Shown here: positions 9,317 to 18,754 of the stretch, in pieces | How the letters are laid out: each line of letters opens with the position of its first letter | How positions within the stretch are numbered: the stretch's first letter is position 1 | Origin: an uncultured Acidobacteriota bacterium | Lineage (GTDB): Bacteria; Acidobacteriota; Vicinamibacteria; Vicinamibacterales; JAKQTR01 | Assembly: GCA_963813325.1 (NCBI GenBank) | Contig: CAWEYM010000003.1 | Location: forward strand, 486,128-550,127 | Length of the DNA stretch: 64,000 nt | Direction: 5' to 3' | Position numbers and translations under genes: made by a program | Notes under the pieces: generated by a model | What the model was told of the DNA's origin: nothing | Seen by the model: only the letters and a program-made list of their open reading frames with translations | The model's database searches: none

Positions 9317-10714
9317 ATGCAGATGCGCTGGATGACCGGAGCGGCGGTGACCGTGGCCGCCGCCGCGTCAGGGATCTTCGGAACGGTCGGCCGCACAGCG
9401 TCCGACGCCCCGCGACCGAACCAGCTCAGGTTCGAGAACCCGAGCGGCGTTCATGCCACCTTCACATCGTCCGGGTCGATCGATGTGGACAACCCGTTCT
9501 TCCAGAACCTGGGGACCAACGGGCGCACGTGCTTCAGCTGCCACCGGCCCGCACAGGCCTGGACCGTCACGCCCGATGAACTGCGCGAGCGCTTCGCGGA
9601 AACCAAGGGACTCGACCCGATCTTCAGAGCCAATGACGGGTCGAACTGCGAGGGCGCCGACATCACGACCCTCCAGAAGCGGCGCGCGGCATTCAGCCTG
9701 CTGCTGTCCAAAGGGCTGATCCGCATCGGCCTCCAGGTGCCCGACGGTGCGGAGTTCGAGGTCGCCGGTGTCGATGACCCGTACGGCTGCGGCGCCCCGC
9801 TCACGGAGGTCTCCGCGTACCGGCGGCCGCTCCCCGCGGCGAACCTCGGGTTCCTGGCGACGGTGATGTGGGACGGTCGGGATACCGTGCCGGCTGAGGC
9901 GATCAGGGCCGACCTGGCGACGCAGGCGGCCGAGGCCACGACGGGCCACGCGCAGGGCGCCGCCCCCTCAGCCGCGCAACTGGACGACATCGTGGACTTC
10001 GAGTTGGGGCTCTTCACCGCCCAGGCCGAGGATGACCGCGCCGGCAATCTCAGCGCGCGGGGCGCCACGGGCGGGCCGAAAGCGCTCTCGACGGAGCCGT
10101 TCTGCATCGGCATCAACGATCCGCTCAACATGCTGCCGTCGATGCCGGGCGCGTGCGCGACCTCGTCGGGAGGGCTCGACCCGAACGTCTTCACCGCCTT
10201 CCGTGCGTGGGAGACCAGCCGGGAGCCTGCCCGCCGCGCGATCGCCCGCGGCGAGGCGATCTTCAACACGCGCACCTTTGTCATCGACAACGTCGGCGGC
10301 CTGAACGGCGGGCCGCAGGACCCCGTTCCGGGGCCCATTCCCGGGGGGACGTGCACGCTCTGCCACGACACCCCGAACGCCGGCAATCACTCGATCTCGA
10401 TGGCGCTGAACCTCGGCCTCACCGACGCTCCCCGCAGGACGGCGGATCTGCCGCTCTATACGCTTCAGCGGAAGGGGACGGGCGAACTCGTGCAGACCAC
10501 GGATCCGGGCCGCGCGATGATCACGGGCAAGTGGGCCGACATCGGCAAGTTCAAGGGACCGATCCTGCGAGCGCTGGCTGCCCGCGCCCCGTACTTCCAC
10601 AACGGATCGGCGGCCTCCCTCGAGGAGGCGGTGGACTTCTACAACACGAGGTTCAACATCGGCCTGACCGCACAGGAGAAGTCCGACCTCGTCGCGTTTC
10701 TCAAGGCGCTGTGA
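9317..10714 (+). CDS. Exported di-heme cytochrome c, bCcP/MauG/BthA superfamily
   Basis: Two CxxCH motifs (CFSCH, CTLCH), MWDGR, DPGRA..TG...D.GKFKGP.LR, APYFHNGS..SLEEAVDFY; N-terminal hydrophobic leader; RBS AGGAGG. Confidence 0.88.
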   Translation: MQMRWMTGAAVTVAAAASGIFGTVGRTASDAPRPNQLRFENPSGVHATFTSSGSIDVDNPFFQNLGTNGRTCFSCHRPAQAWTVTPDELRERFAETKGLDPIFRANDGSNCEGADITTLQKRRAAFSLLLSKGLIRIGLQVPDGAEFEVAGVDDPYGCGAPLTEVSAYRRPLPAANLGFLATVMWDGRDTVPAEAIRADLATQAAEATTGHAQGAAPSAAQLDDIVDFELGLFTAQAEDDRAGNLSARGATGGPKALSTEPFCIGINDPLNMLPSMPGACATSSGGLDPNVFTAFRAWETSREPARRAIARGEAIFNTRTFVIDNVGGLNGGPQDPVPGPIPGGTCTLCHDTPNAGNHSISMALNLGLTDAPRRTADLPLYTLQRKGTGELVQTTDPGRAMITGKWADIGKFKGPILRALAARAPYFHNGSAASLEEAVDFYNTRFNIGLTAQEKSDLVAFLKAL

Positions 10715-10826
10715 GCGGGCACCGCGGTCGGGGGACGGCTCGGCCGGCGCGCCGAGCCCCGCCGAGGGGCGGGAAGGAGCCGGCCGAAGGCAGACGGACG
10801 TGCGCGACTGGCTGCCAGCGCGACGC

Positions 10827-10925
10827 CCGGCGCTCAGTTCAGCTGAGGACCCGCCGGGAATGAAGCGCGCGAGCCCCAGCCCGCGTGCCCGGAGCGAACA
10901 CACTCATTACAAGTGAGATCCGGGG
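10827..10925 (-). repeat. Dispersed ~100-bp structured repeat, copy C (REP-derived core)
   Basis: Minus strand ccccggatctcacttgtaatgagtgtgttcgctccgggcacgcgggctggggctcgcgcgcttcattcccggcgggtcctcagctgaactgagcgccgg aligns with 29876-29973 and 44386-44483. Confidence 0.8.
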
Positions 10926-11563
10926 TTATCGTCGGAACTCGCGCCAGCCGGCTACCGTGAAGTCGTACACCGCCAGCCGGGTCGTTGGTGACCGTGGCGT
11001 TGCCGGCCACCTTGGAGTCCCCGGTGACCGTGTCGCTGTGATCCCACCGGTTCTCGATGATGATCTGCCCGGTCAGCAGCATGTTGCCCGCCAGGTTGAG
11101 TTGCTCCCGCACCCGGGCCTGGCCCGCGAGGTCGCAGTTCGCCGTGCCCGTCATGTCGAGGTCGCCGTTGGTCACGATGAGAATGTTCGGCCGGGCGATG
11201 GCCGGGATGATTTTCGGGCTGCCCGAGATGCTCACGGACCCATCGACGAGCAGGGTCATCGCGTACGGTGAGGGGAGTGTTCCGGACGCCCGCCCGAGAT
11301 TGCCCGAGATGTCCACGTCGCTGCCCTCGGCGTAGTAGACGCCCTGGCCGCAGTTCGCGACACCGTGGGCCTGGAGGGTCGTGCAATTCGGCGTGCCGCC
11401 GGGGCTCCAGGTCCGGCTGATGCCGGCCATGTGCGACACGTGCGAGCCGTTCTAGGACGACCACGTGAACCCGATCGTCCCGCAGGTCGTGAAGCCGGCG
11501 CCGCCACAGCGAGTCGTCCCAGATCTGTCCATCGTCCCCGTAGGCCCCTTCTCGATTCTACAT
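10926..11563 (-). pseudogene. Remnant of a PilX-like / beta-helix secreted protein (C-terminal part)
   Basis: Protein-like GVYYAEGSDVDISGN..TLLVDGSVSISGSP..ILIVTNGDLDMTG. In-frame TAG at 11452-11454. Removing one base of GGG 10979-10981 restores the ending NDRLAVYDFTVAGWREFRR*, a PilX-type WRE tail. Confidence 0.6.
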
Positions 11564-11581
11564 CTCTACCTCTGGGTTGCA

Positions 11582-11597
11582 TGCAATCTGCCAGCCG
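11582..11597 (-). promoter_or_regulatory. Possible sigma54 promoter upstream of the PilX-like remnant
   Basis: CGGCTGGCAGATTGCA, GG-N10-GC spacing. Confidence 0.45.
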
Positions 11598-11789
11598 ACC
11601 CATTCCAGGCGCGAAGCAAATGCGAATCAGTGACACAGGCCAGTCTTCGGCTCCATTTGGCCGGATTCCCCTCACGGCCTCGGCGGCCGTGGCCGCCGAC
11701 AACCCCGCCATCCACAATCACAATTCCGGCGTGTCAGGAGGACATCGCGCTCGTGGAGCCTGGGTGGAACCCCCCCACGGTCCCGGGCG

Positions 11790-13373
11790 TCAGCCGGAGT
11801 CAGCGTGAGGAGGCGCGCCGTACCCGCCGCCGCCGGGCGTTTCGATGCGGAGACGGTCGCCGGCACCCAACTGGATGGAGATCTTGCTCCCGACCGTCTC
11901 GGCCCGGCCGTCGCGGATGACGGTGTTGCGGCCGCAGGCCCCGGGTGCCCCGCCCTGCAGGCCGTAGGGCGGACGCCGGCGCCGTTCCGACAGCACGGTG
12001 ACCGCGGTGTCGGCGAGCATCTCGTACTCCCTGATGATGCCTTCACCGCCGGGGGCGCGGCCATCGCCGCCGCTGCCTGTGCGCAGCCGGTACTGGAGCA
12101 CGCGCACGGGCAGGTAGTGCTCGATCGCCTCCACCGGCGTGTTGCGCGTGTTGCTCATGTGCGTGTGCACGCCGCTCAAGCCCGCACGGCCGTGGCGCCC
12201 GCCCATGCCGCCGCCGATCGTCTCGTAGTAGGCGAACCGGCGACCGGTCCGGGGGTCTCGGCCGCCGAGGGTCACGTTGTTCATGGTGCCCTGGCTGGCG
12301 GCCGGGATGCGCAAGGGCAGCGCCTGCGCCAGCGCTCCCAGGATCACGTCGGTGATGCGCTGCGAGGTTTCGACGTTGCCACCCGCAATCGCCGCCGGCC
12401 GGCGGGCGTTGACGATCGAACCCTCCGGCGCGACGACGCGCACGGCGCGCGCGACGCCCGCGTTGTAGAGAATGTCCTCCTCGACCAGGCACCGGAACAC
12501 GTACAGCGTGGCGGAGCACGTGATGGCGAAGTTGGTGTTGACGCATCCGTCGGTCTGGGGGTCGCTGCCGGTGAAGTCGACCTCCGCCGACTCGCCGCGG
12601 ATACGGACGGTCGCCCGGATGATCACCGGCTGGTCCCGTATGCCATCGTCGTCGAGCGCGTCCTCGAAGGCGTACTCGCCATCGGGAATCCGGGCGATCG
12701 TCGCGTGCAACACGCGTTCGGTATAGTCCTGAAGCGCCGCGGCGTACCCGTACACCCGTCGGCGGCCGTACTTCGCCACCACCTGGCGCAGGCGCGTCTC
12801 CCCGACGCGGTTGGAGGCGATCTGGGCCGTCAGGTCCCCTTCACGCTCGTCCGGCGTACGCACGTTGGCCAGGATGAGGGCCATCACGTCGGGCACGACG
12901 CTGCCCCGTCGCACCAGCTTCAGCGGCGGGATGATCAGGCCCTCCTGGAAGAGCTCGCGCGACAGCGGCATGGACCCGGGCGTCATGCCGCCGACGTCAG
13001 AGTGATGCGCGCGGTTGGCCACGTAGAACGCCGGGTGCCCGCCGCGGCCGAGATGAACCGGCGACACCAGCGTGATGTCGGGCAGGTGCGTGCCACCGCG
13101 GTACGGGTCGTTGAGGGCGACGATGTCCCCCGGGTCCATCGGGACGTGGTCGATGGCGGCCCTCACAGACAGCGGCATGGCGCCGAGGTGCACGGGCATG
13201 TGATCGCCCTGGGCGATCGTCTCGCCCGAGGCGTCGTACAGCGCGCAGGAATAGTCGAGACGCTCCTTGATGTTGGGCGAGAACGCCGTCCGGCAGAGCG
13301 TGACGCCCATCTCCTCGGCGATCGACACGAAGACGTTCTTGAAGATCTCGAATTCGATCGGGTCCGTGCGCAT
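11790..13373 (-). CDS. Hydantoinase B / 5-oxoprolinase subunit B
   Basis: AEEMG..L.RTAFSPNIKERLDYSCA, HMPVHLG, NDPYRGGTHLPD, HHSDVGG..PGSM, TPGGGGYG; ATG at 13373. Confidence 0.95.
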   Translation of the reverse strand: MRTDPIEFEIFKNVFVSIAEEMGVTLCRTAFSPNIKERLDYSCALYDASGETIAQGDHMPVHLGAMPLSVRAAIDHVPMDPGDIVALNDPYRGGTHLPDITLVSPVHLGRGGHPAFYVANRAHHSDVGGMTPGSMPLSRELFQEGLIIPPLKLVRRGSVVPDVMALILANVRTPDEREGDLTAQIASNRVGETRLRQVVAKYGRRRVYGYAAALQDYTERVLHATIARIPDGEYAFEDALDDDGIRDQPVIIRATVRIRGESAEVDFTGSDPQTDGCVNTNFAITCSATLYVFRCLVEEDILYNAGVARAVRVVAPEGSIVNARRPAAIAGGNVETSQRITDVILGALAQALPLRIPAASQGTMNNVTLGGRDPRTGRRFAYYETIGGGMGGRHGRAGLSGVHTHMSNTRNTPVEAIEHYLPVRVLQYRLRTGSGGDGRAPGGEGIIREYEMLADTAVTVLSERRRRPPYGLQGGAPGACGRNTVIRDGRAETVGSKISIQLGAGDRLRIETPGGGGYGAPPHADSG

Positions 13374-13393
13374 GACGTTCCTCTCCGGCCCGC

Positions 13394-15400
13394 TCAGGGC
13401 GCCGGCGCCGCCGCGCGGCGCCGCGCGCGAACGGGCCGACGCACGGCCACGACGTTGCCGAACGCGTCGATGCGGAACCGGAACGCGGGTGGAATGACGC
13501 TCGTGGCCTCCCCGCCCGCGATGATCGCCGGGCCGTCGCCCGTTGCCCCCGGCGGCAGGCTCTCCCAGCGGTACACGGCGGTGTCCATCGATCGGCCCCC
13601 GAACCAGGCTGGCCGCCTGGCGGCGGGCACGGCCGCGGTGTCCGCCTCGATCGTGGCGCGCGGCAGCGTCGGCTTCGCGGTGACGCCGGTCGCGCGCACC
13701 CGGAGGTTGACGATCTCGGTCGGGCGGCCGGGGTTCGCGTACCCGTAGAGGCGCTGGTGGCGCGCGTCGAAATCGGCGCGGTAGCCCTCGACGCATGCCA
13801 CGGTGATCTCGAAGGACTGTCCCACGTACCGGACGTCGAGCGACCGGTCGACGAGTGCGCGCGCGCCGGTGAAGCCCTCAGACGCGAGGTCGGCGTGCGC
13901 GGCGGCCACGAGCGGCGCAAACCGGCGGTCGAGTTCGGCCAAGTCGATGGCGTCCGACGGCTGCAGGATGCTGAGCGAGTAGTCCTTCGTCACGTCGGTG
14001 AGCAGCATGCCGAGCGCGGACAGCACGCCCGCGTGCCTTGGCACGATGACCGTTCCGATGTCCAGCTTATCGGCGATCTCGCACGCATGCATGCCGCCGG
14101 CGCCGCCGAACGCGACGAGCGCGAACTGGCGCGGATCGAACCCGCGCTGCACCGACACCACGCGGATGGCGCGCTCCATGTTGGCGTTGGCGACCCGCAC
14201 GATGCCGTCGGCGAGGGCCAGATCCGACACCTGCATCCGCGCGGCGAACGCGCGGGCCACGCCCGCCGCCCGCCCGGCGTCGAGCGTCATCCGTCCGCCG
14301 AGGAAGTGCCCCGGATCAAGCCGCCCAAGCAGCAGGTTCGCGTCGGTGACGGTCAACTCGTCGCCCTGGCCGTAGCAGACCGGTCCGGGATCGGCCCCGG
14401 CGCTCCGCGGGCCGACCCTGAGGGCTCCCCCGGTGTCGAGGTGGGCGATCGAGCCGCCTCCCGCGCCAACCGTGTGGATGTCGATGACGGGCAGCCGCAC
14501 CGGGAAGTCGCCCACGGTGGACTCGGTCGTCATCCCCACGGCGCCGTCGATCAGGCTCACGTCGGTGGACGTGCCGCCCATGTCGAAGGAGATGATGCGC
14601 GGGTACCCGGCGGCAGCGGCCACGGCCCGCGCTCCCACGACGCCCGCGGCCGGCCCCGACAGGATGGTCTGCACGGCCGCGGCCTTGGCGGCCGCCGCCG
14701 AGATGGAGCCGCCGTTCGACTGCATGATGCGCAGGCGCGTATGGCCCAGGCATTCCTCGAGCCGCGTCAGGTACCGCGCCATGAGCGGCGTCACGTAGGC
14801 GTTGACGACCGTCGTGCTCCAGCGTTCGAACTCGCGATACTCGGGCAGGATCCGGTGGGACGCGGACACCAGGAGCCCGGCGGCCTCCAGCCGCTCGGCC
14901 GCCAGACGTTCGTGAACGGGGTTGCGATAGGAGTGCAGCAGGCAGACGGCGACCGCGTCCACGCCGGCGCGCCCGAGGCGATCGGCGAGCCGATCGACGT
15001 CGGCCGGATCGAGCGGCACGACGACCTCGCCTTCGGCGTCCAGGCGCTCCTCGAGGCCGAAGGTGAGATCCGGCGCCACGATCGGACGACGTTCCTCCAC
15101 GAAGAAGTCGTAGAGCCGGCTCCGGGTCTGCCGTCCGATCCGGAGCACGTCCTCGAAGCCGGCCGTCGCCACGAGCGCGACGCGCACGCCTTTACGCTCC
15201 AGCACGGCGTTGGTGGCCACCGTGGACCCGTGGACGATCTCGGCGCCGTCGGCCGATTCCACGACTTCCGCGATGCCGCCCAGGATCGCCCGGGACGGAT
15301 CGGCGGGCGTCGAGCGCACCTTGTGGACCGCCATGCCGCCCGGGCGGAGCACGACCAGGTCCGTGAAGGTGCCGCCGGTGTCAATGCCGATGCGCGTCAT
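13394..15400 (-). CDS. Hydantoinase A / 5-oxoprolinase ATP-binding subunit A
   Basis: IGIDTGGTFTD, HGSTVATNA, LSGPAAGV, DMGGTSTD, GAGGGSIA, GPRSAGADPGP, FGGAGG.HA, RYVGQSFE; ATG at 15400. Confidence 0.95.
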   Translation of the reverse strand: MTRIGIDTGGTFTDLVVLRPGGMAVHKVRSTPADPSRAILGGIAEVVESADGAEIVHGSTVATNAVLERKGVRVALVATAGFEDVLRIGRQTRSRLYDFFVEERRPIVAPDLTFGLEERLDAEGEVVVPLDPADVDRLADRLGRAGVDAVAVCLLHSYRNPVHERLAAERLEAAGLLVSASHRILPEYREFERWSTTVVNAYVTPLMARYLTRLEECLGHTRLRIMQSNGGSISAAAAKAAAVQTILSGPAAGVVGARAVAAAAGYPRIISFDMGGTSTDVSLIDGAVGMTTESTVGDFPVRLPVIDIHTVGAGGGSIAHLDTGGALRVGPRSAGADPGPVCYGQGDELTVTDANLLLGRLDPGHFLGGRMTLDAGRAAGVARAFAARMQVSDLALADGIVRVANANMERAIRVVSVQRGFDPRQFALVAFGGAGGMHACEIADKLDIGTVIVPRHAGVLSALGMLLTDVTKDYSLSILQPSDAIDLAELDRRFAPLVAAAHADLASEGFTGARALVDRSLDVRYVGQSFEITVACVEGYRADFDARHQRLYGYANPGRPTEIVNLRVRATGVTAKPTLPRATIEADTAAVPAARRPAWFGGRSMDTAVYRWESLPPGATGDGPAIIAGGEATSVIPPAFRFRIDAFGNVVAVRRPVRARRRAAAPAP

Positions 15401-15605
15401 GGTGGGTCGCGCCTCAGGGCCGGCAGGCCGATCGCGGGCGATGCGATCTCCGGCCGCGTGGACAGTCTCGGCCCGCGGCGGCTTCGCCCCGGGGCCGCCG
15501 CCATGTTGACGGTCGGCGTGCGCCGGCGCGTCGATCCCGGCGCGCCGACGCCTCTCCGCGGCTGGGGGGCCGCGGCGCCCTCCGGGAGGGCGCCACGGCC
15601 GTGGG

Positions 15606-18500
15606 TCAGAACCGGTACCGGAGCGCGACCTCGAGCTGTCGCGACGGCGCGTTGATGTTCGCCAGGAGCGCGGTGCTCTGGCCGAACAGCGGGCGGCCGC
15701 TCGGGTCGTTGCCCGCTCCGACGTTGTTGCTCGGGGTGCCCTCGTTCGCCCGGTTGAACACGTTGAAGAGCTGCGCGATGAACTCGACGCGATGCGTCCC
15801 GGCGAAGGTGAAGAACTTCGAGAACCGAAGGTCCACGTCGGCAAACCCCGGGCAGGTCACCGAGTCCGCGGGGGTGAGGCCGCGCCCCGTGCGGAACGTG
15901 TTCACGGCGCCGATGTCGAGGCTCCGGCAGCCCGACCCGGGTATCACCCCGGCCGGGAGGTCGCCCGTGTACCCGTCACCGTTCAGGTCCAGCGACGAGG
16001 TCGGGCTGAACGGCAGGCTCGACCTGAAGTCGCCGATCGCCGACACCTGGACCTGGCCGGGCAACGCCAGGATGCCGCTCACGACCAGCCGATGCCGCCG
16101 ATCCGCGGTCGAGGGCCGCTTGAACTTGACGAAGCCGTACGTCCCGGGCACGTTGCTCAGGTAGCTCACGTCCTCCGCCTTGCTGAGCGTGTACCAGACC
16201 AGGTACTGGTAGCGGCCGCTCATGCGCCGCTCGAACTTCACGAGCAGGGCCTGGTAGGTGTTGTCCGCCGTCGACTGCACCAGGGTGATCCGCCCGAACT
16301 GCGGATACAGCTTCAGGCGCGTCGCCTGGTCGGGGACGTTCGGATCCACCGTGTCGCGGTCGGCGTAGCGCCACACGAACGTGCCGTCGACGGTGACAGC
16401 GATGTTGCGCGACACCTCGCGGCTGACGCCGGCACTGGCCTGGTGCGCGTACGCGTTGACCATGTCGCTGCGGTTGACCGTGATGTTCGGCGGCGCCGTG
16501 GACAGGAACTCGTCGCGAGACCGCCCCTGGTACGGATCGGGGAACGCGGGCTTGTTGATGACGATCGTCTTGCTCTGCGGCCAGGTCAGCTCGCCGCCCT
16601 GCAGCAGGGTCCGGACGTTGTCGTAGAACAGGCCGTAGCCGGCGTGCACGTTGGTCACGCCGTCGCCCCTCGGATCCCACGCGAATCCCACGCGCGGCCC
16701 GAAGTTGTTGCGATCGCCACGCCCCTTGTAGTCGTTGGTGAGCGCCGACGGGATGGGCACCGGGAAACTGCCGTCGCGCCCGAGCTTGTCCTGGATCTTC
16801 TGCAGCAGGCCCGGGACGTCCTCGAGGAACACCCCCTTCTGCACGTCGTACCGCAGCCCCGCGTTGATCGTCAGGCTGTGGGCCACCTCCCAGTCGTCCT
16901 GGAAGTACGCCGAGAAGTGCTTCGCGGGGATGTCGCCGTAGGTGGGCAGCGAATTGGTGTACTGCGTCGGCCACGTGGACGGGTCGTTCGCGTTGTAGGG
17001 CGTGTCCTTCGGGAAGGTCCAGCTCCCCGGGGGCGTGCCCATGTTGTCGTACTGGAACGGGATGTAGCTGAAGTCCACGCCGGTCTTGAACTGGTGCTTG
17101 CCGCCCCAGTCCGGCACGATGTACGAGAAGTCGTCCTTGATCTCCCAGCGGGTCTCGGGACCCATCTGGCTGTTGCCGCACCCGCCCAGCGCAATCGACG
17201 GGTAGGAGTAGATCGCCGAGCAGAGATCCAGCCGGTCCTGGCCGAAATCGCCGGGCGCCCAGTCGCCGTGGCTGTAGGGCGGCGCCACCTCGTACTTGGA
17301 GAAGGCGTGCTGGAACCTGAAGTCGTTGATCTTGCGATCGCCCATGACCCACGTGTGGCCGACGACGATCGAGCTGCGGGGCACCGCGAAGTCGAAGCTG
17401 TTGGTCGGATGGACGCGCCCGCCGGTGGTGATGACCGGGCGGTACTCGTCTTCCGCGGCGATCCGCGCGAACACGGTCTGCGTCGACGAGAGCTGGTGGT
17501 CCAGGCGGAGCAGATACGTCCAGCGGCTCTGCTTGCTCGGGTACGTGCCCTCGTACTGCGGCCAGATCCCCCTGGCGTTCACCGTGAAGAACTGGTTCTC
17601 CTTCGTGCCTTCGTACGCGAAGAAGAAGTGCGTCTTGTCCTTGATGATCGGCCCGCCGATGGTGGCGCCGTACTGGTAGCGCCGGTAGTCGGGCTTCGTG
17701 GTCTGGAACTGCTCGATGGCCGTGATGCCCTTGTCGCGGAAGAAGAGCAGGCCCGACCCGTGCAGCTGGTTGGTGCCGGACTTCGAGACGACCGTGACCA
17801 TGCCCCCGGTCGCCAGCCCGTACTCGGCCTTGTAGTTCGACGTCGACACCTTGAACTCGCTGATGGAGTCCATCGCGAAGTTCTGCCGCGGCTCGCCCAT
17901 CTCCGCCCAGGTGTTGTTCACGCCGTCGACGAGGAAGCCGTTGGAGTACTCGCGCGTGCCGGCGCCCACGTTCACGTTGCCGCGGTAGAAGAACCCGCGG
18001 ATGTTGTCCTGCGACGTGCCCGGCGTGAGCATCGCCAGGTCGATCCACCGGCGCGAGGCGACCGGCAGATCCTGGATCTGCTTGTTCGAGACGCTGGTCG
18101 CCACGGCCGACGCCGTCGTGTCCAGGATGGGTGACTCGCCGGTCACCGTCACCGTTTCACTGATCGACGCGGGCTTGAGCGTGAAGCTGATGGTCGCCGT
18201 CTGCTCGATCACCAGGACGACGTCGGGCCGCGTCTCCTTGCTGAAGCCGGCGAGATCCGCGGTCACGACGTAGGTGCCCGGCGGCAGGGCCGGCAGGCGG
18301 TAGTCGCCCGTGGCGGTGGTGACGTCGGTGCGCAACAGCCCCCGCTCCTGGTTCCGCGCGGTCACGGTCACGCCCGGCAGCACCCCGCCGCTCGAGTCCT
18401 TGATGGTCCCGACAATCTGCGCGTTCTGCGCGTAGGCGCTCGTGCCGCCGGCGGCGATCAGGCCGAGCAGCAGCGCCGCCGTGATCCCCCTCTTCCGCAT
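15606..18500 (-). CDS. TonB-dependent receptor, Oar-like, with N-terminal carboxypeptidase-regulatory-like domain
   Basis: Signal peptide (AYA-Q), GTIKDSSGGVLPGVTVT, plug AEYG..GG..KSGTN, QDDW, NNFGPRVGFAWD, C-terminal LRYRF; RBS AAGGAGG. Confidence 0.93.
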   Translation of the reverse strand: MRKRGITAALLLGLIAAGGTSAYAQNAQIVGTIKDSSGGVLPGVTVTARNQERGLLRTDVTTATGDYRLPALPPGTYVVTADLAGFSKETRPDVVLVIEQTATISFTLKPASISETVTVTGESPILDTTASAVATSVSNKQIQDLPVASRRWIDLAMLTPGTSQDNIRGFFYRGNVNVGAGTREYSNGFLVDGVNNTWAEMGEPRQNFAMDSISEFKVSTSNYKAEYGLATGGMVTVVSKSGTNQLHGSGLLFFRDKGITAIEQFQTTKPDYRRYQYGATIGGPIIKDKTHFFFAYEGTKENQFFTVNARGIWPQYEGTYPSKQSRWTYLLRLDHQLSSTQTVFARIAAEDEYRPVITTGGRVHPTNSFDFAVPRSSIVVGHTWVMGDRKINDFRFQHAFSKYEVAPPYSHGDWAPGDFGQDRLDLCSAIYSYPSIALGGCGNSQMGPETRWEIKDDFSYIVPDWGGKHQFKTGVDFSYIPFQYDNMGTPPGSWTFPKDTPYNANDPSTWPTQYTNSLPTYGDIPAKHFSAYFQDDWEVAHSLTINAGLRYDVQKGVFLEDVPGLLQKIQDKLGRDGSFPVPIPSALTNDYKGRGDRNNFGPRVGFAWDPRGDGVTNVHAGYGLFYDNVRTLLQGGELTWPQSKTIVINKPAFPDPYQGRSRDEFLSTAPPNITVNRSDMVNAYAHQASAGVSREVSRNIAVTVDGTFVWRYADRDTVDPNVPDQATRLKLYPQFGRITLVQSTADNTYQALLVKFERRMSGRYQYLVWYTLSKAEDVSYLSNVPGTYGFVKFKRPSTADRRHRLVVSGILALPGQVQVSAIGDFRSSLPFSPTSSLDLNGDGYTGDLPAGVIPGSGCRSLDIGAVNTFRTGRGLTPADSVTCPGFADVDLRFSKFFTFAGTHRVEFIAQLFNVFNRANEGTPSNNVGAGNDPSGRPLFGQSTALLANINAPSRQLEVALRYRF

Positions 18501-18579
18501 ACGCCCCTCCTTGCCGTCGCCGGCCGGTTTCGCCGGGTCGCGGGATGACGAACGGACTGACATTGTGTGTCGCAGGTGG

Positions 18580-18595
18580 AGCAAGACTAATACCA
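18580..18595 (-). promoter_or_regulatory. sigma54 promoter for the TonB receptor-hydantoinase genes
   Basis: TGGTATTAGTCTTGCT, GG-N10-GC; GCAAC(G/A)GT direct repeat near 18669-18690 as a possible activator site. Confidence 0.72.
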
Positions 18596-18754
18596 GATCA
18601 CCACCCGCGGCAAGTCGTTGCGCCGGGTCGGCCGGGATGGAACCCGGCCCGCGACGCCGGGCCGGCGCGCAACGGTGTGCTGCAACAGTTCCTTTCGAGG
18701 GAAACACGCGACGGGAGGCGGCTCCCCGGGAACGCGGCCTCCCGCCACCGGGCC

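Noticed and set aside
10827-10925. The ~100-bp repeat as an integron attC site or CRISPR repeat
   Set aside because: No RYYYAAC/GTTRRRY ends, no regular repeat-spacer period, and no intI or cas genes.
11452-11454. In-frame TAG as pyrrolysine or readthrough recoding
   Set aside because: The same gene also has a frameshift and a missing N-terminal body, and no pyl genes are visible. Decay is the simpler explanation.
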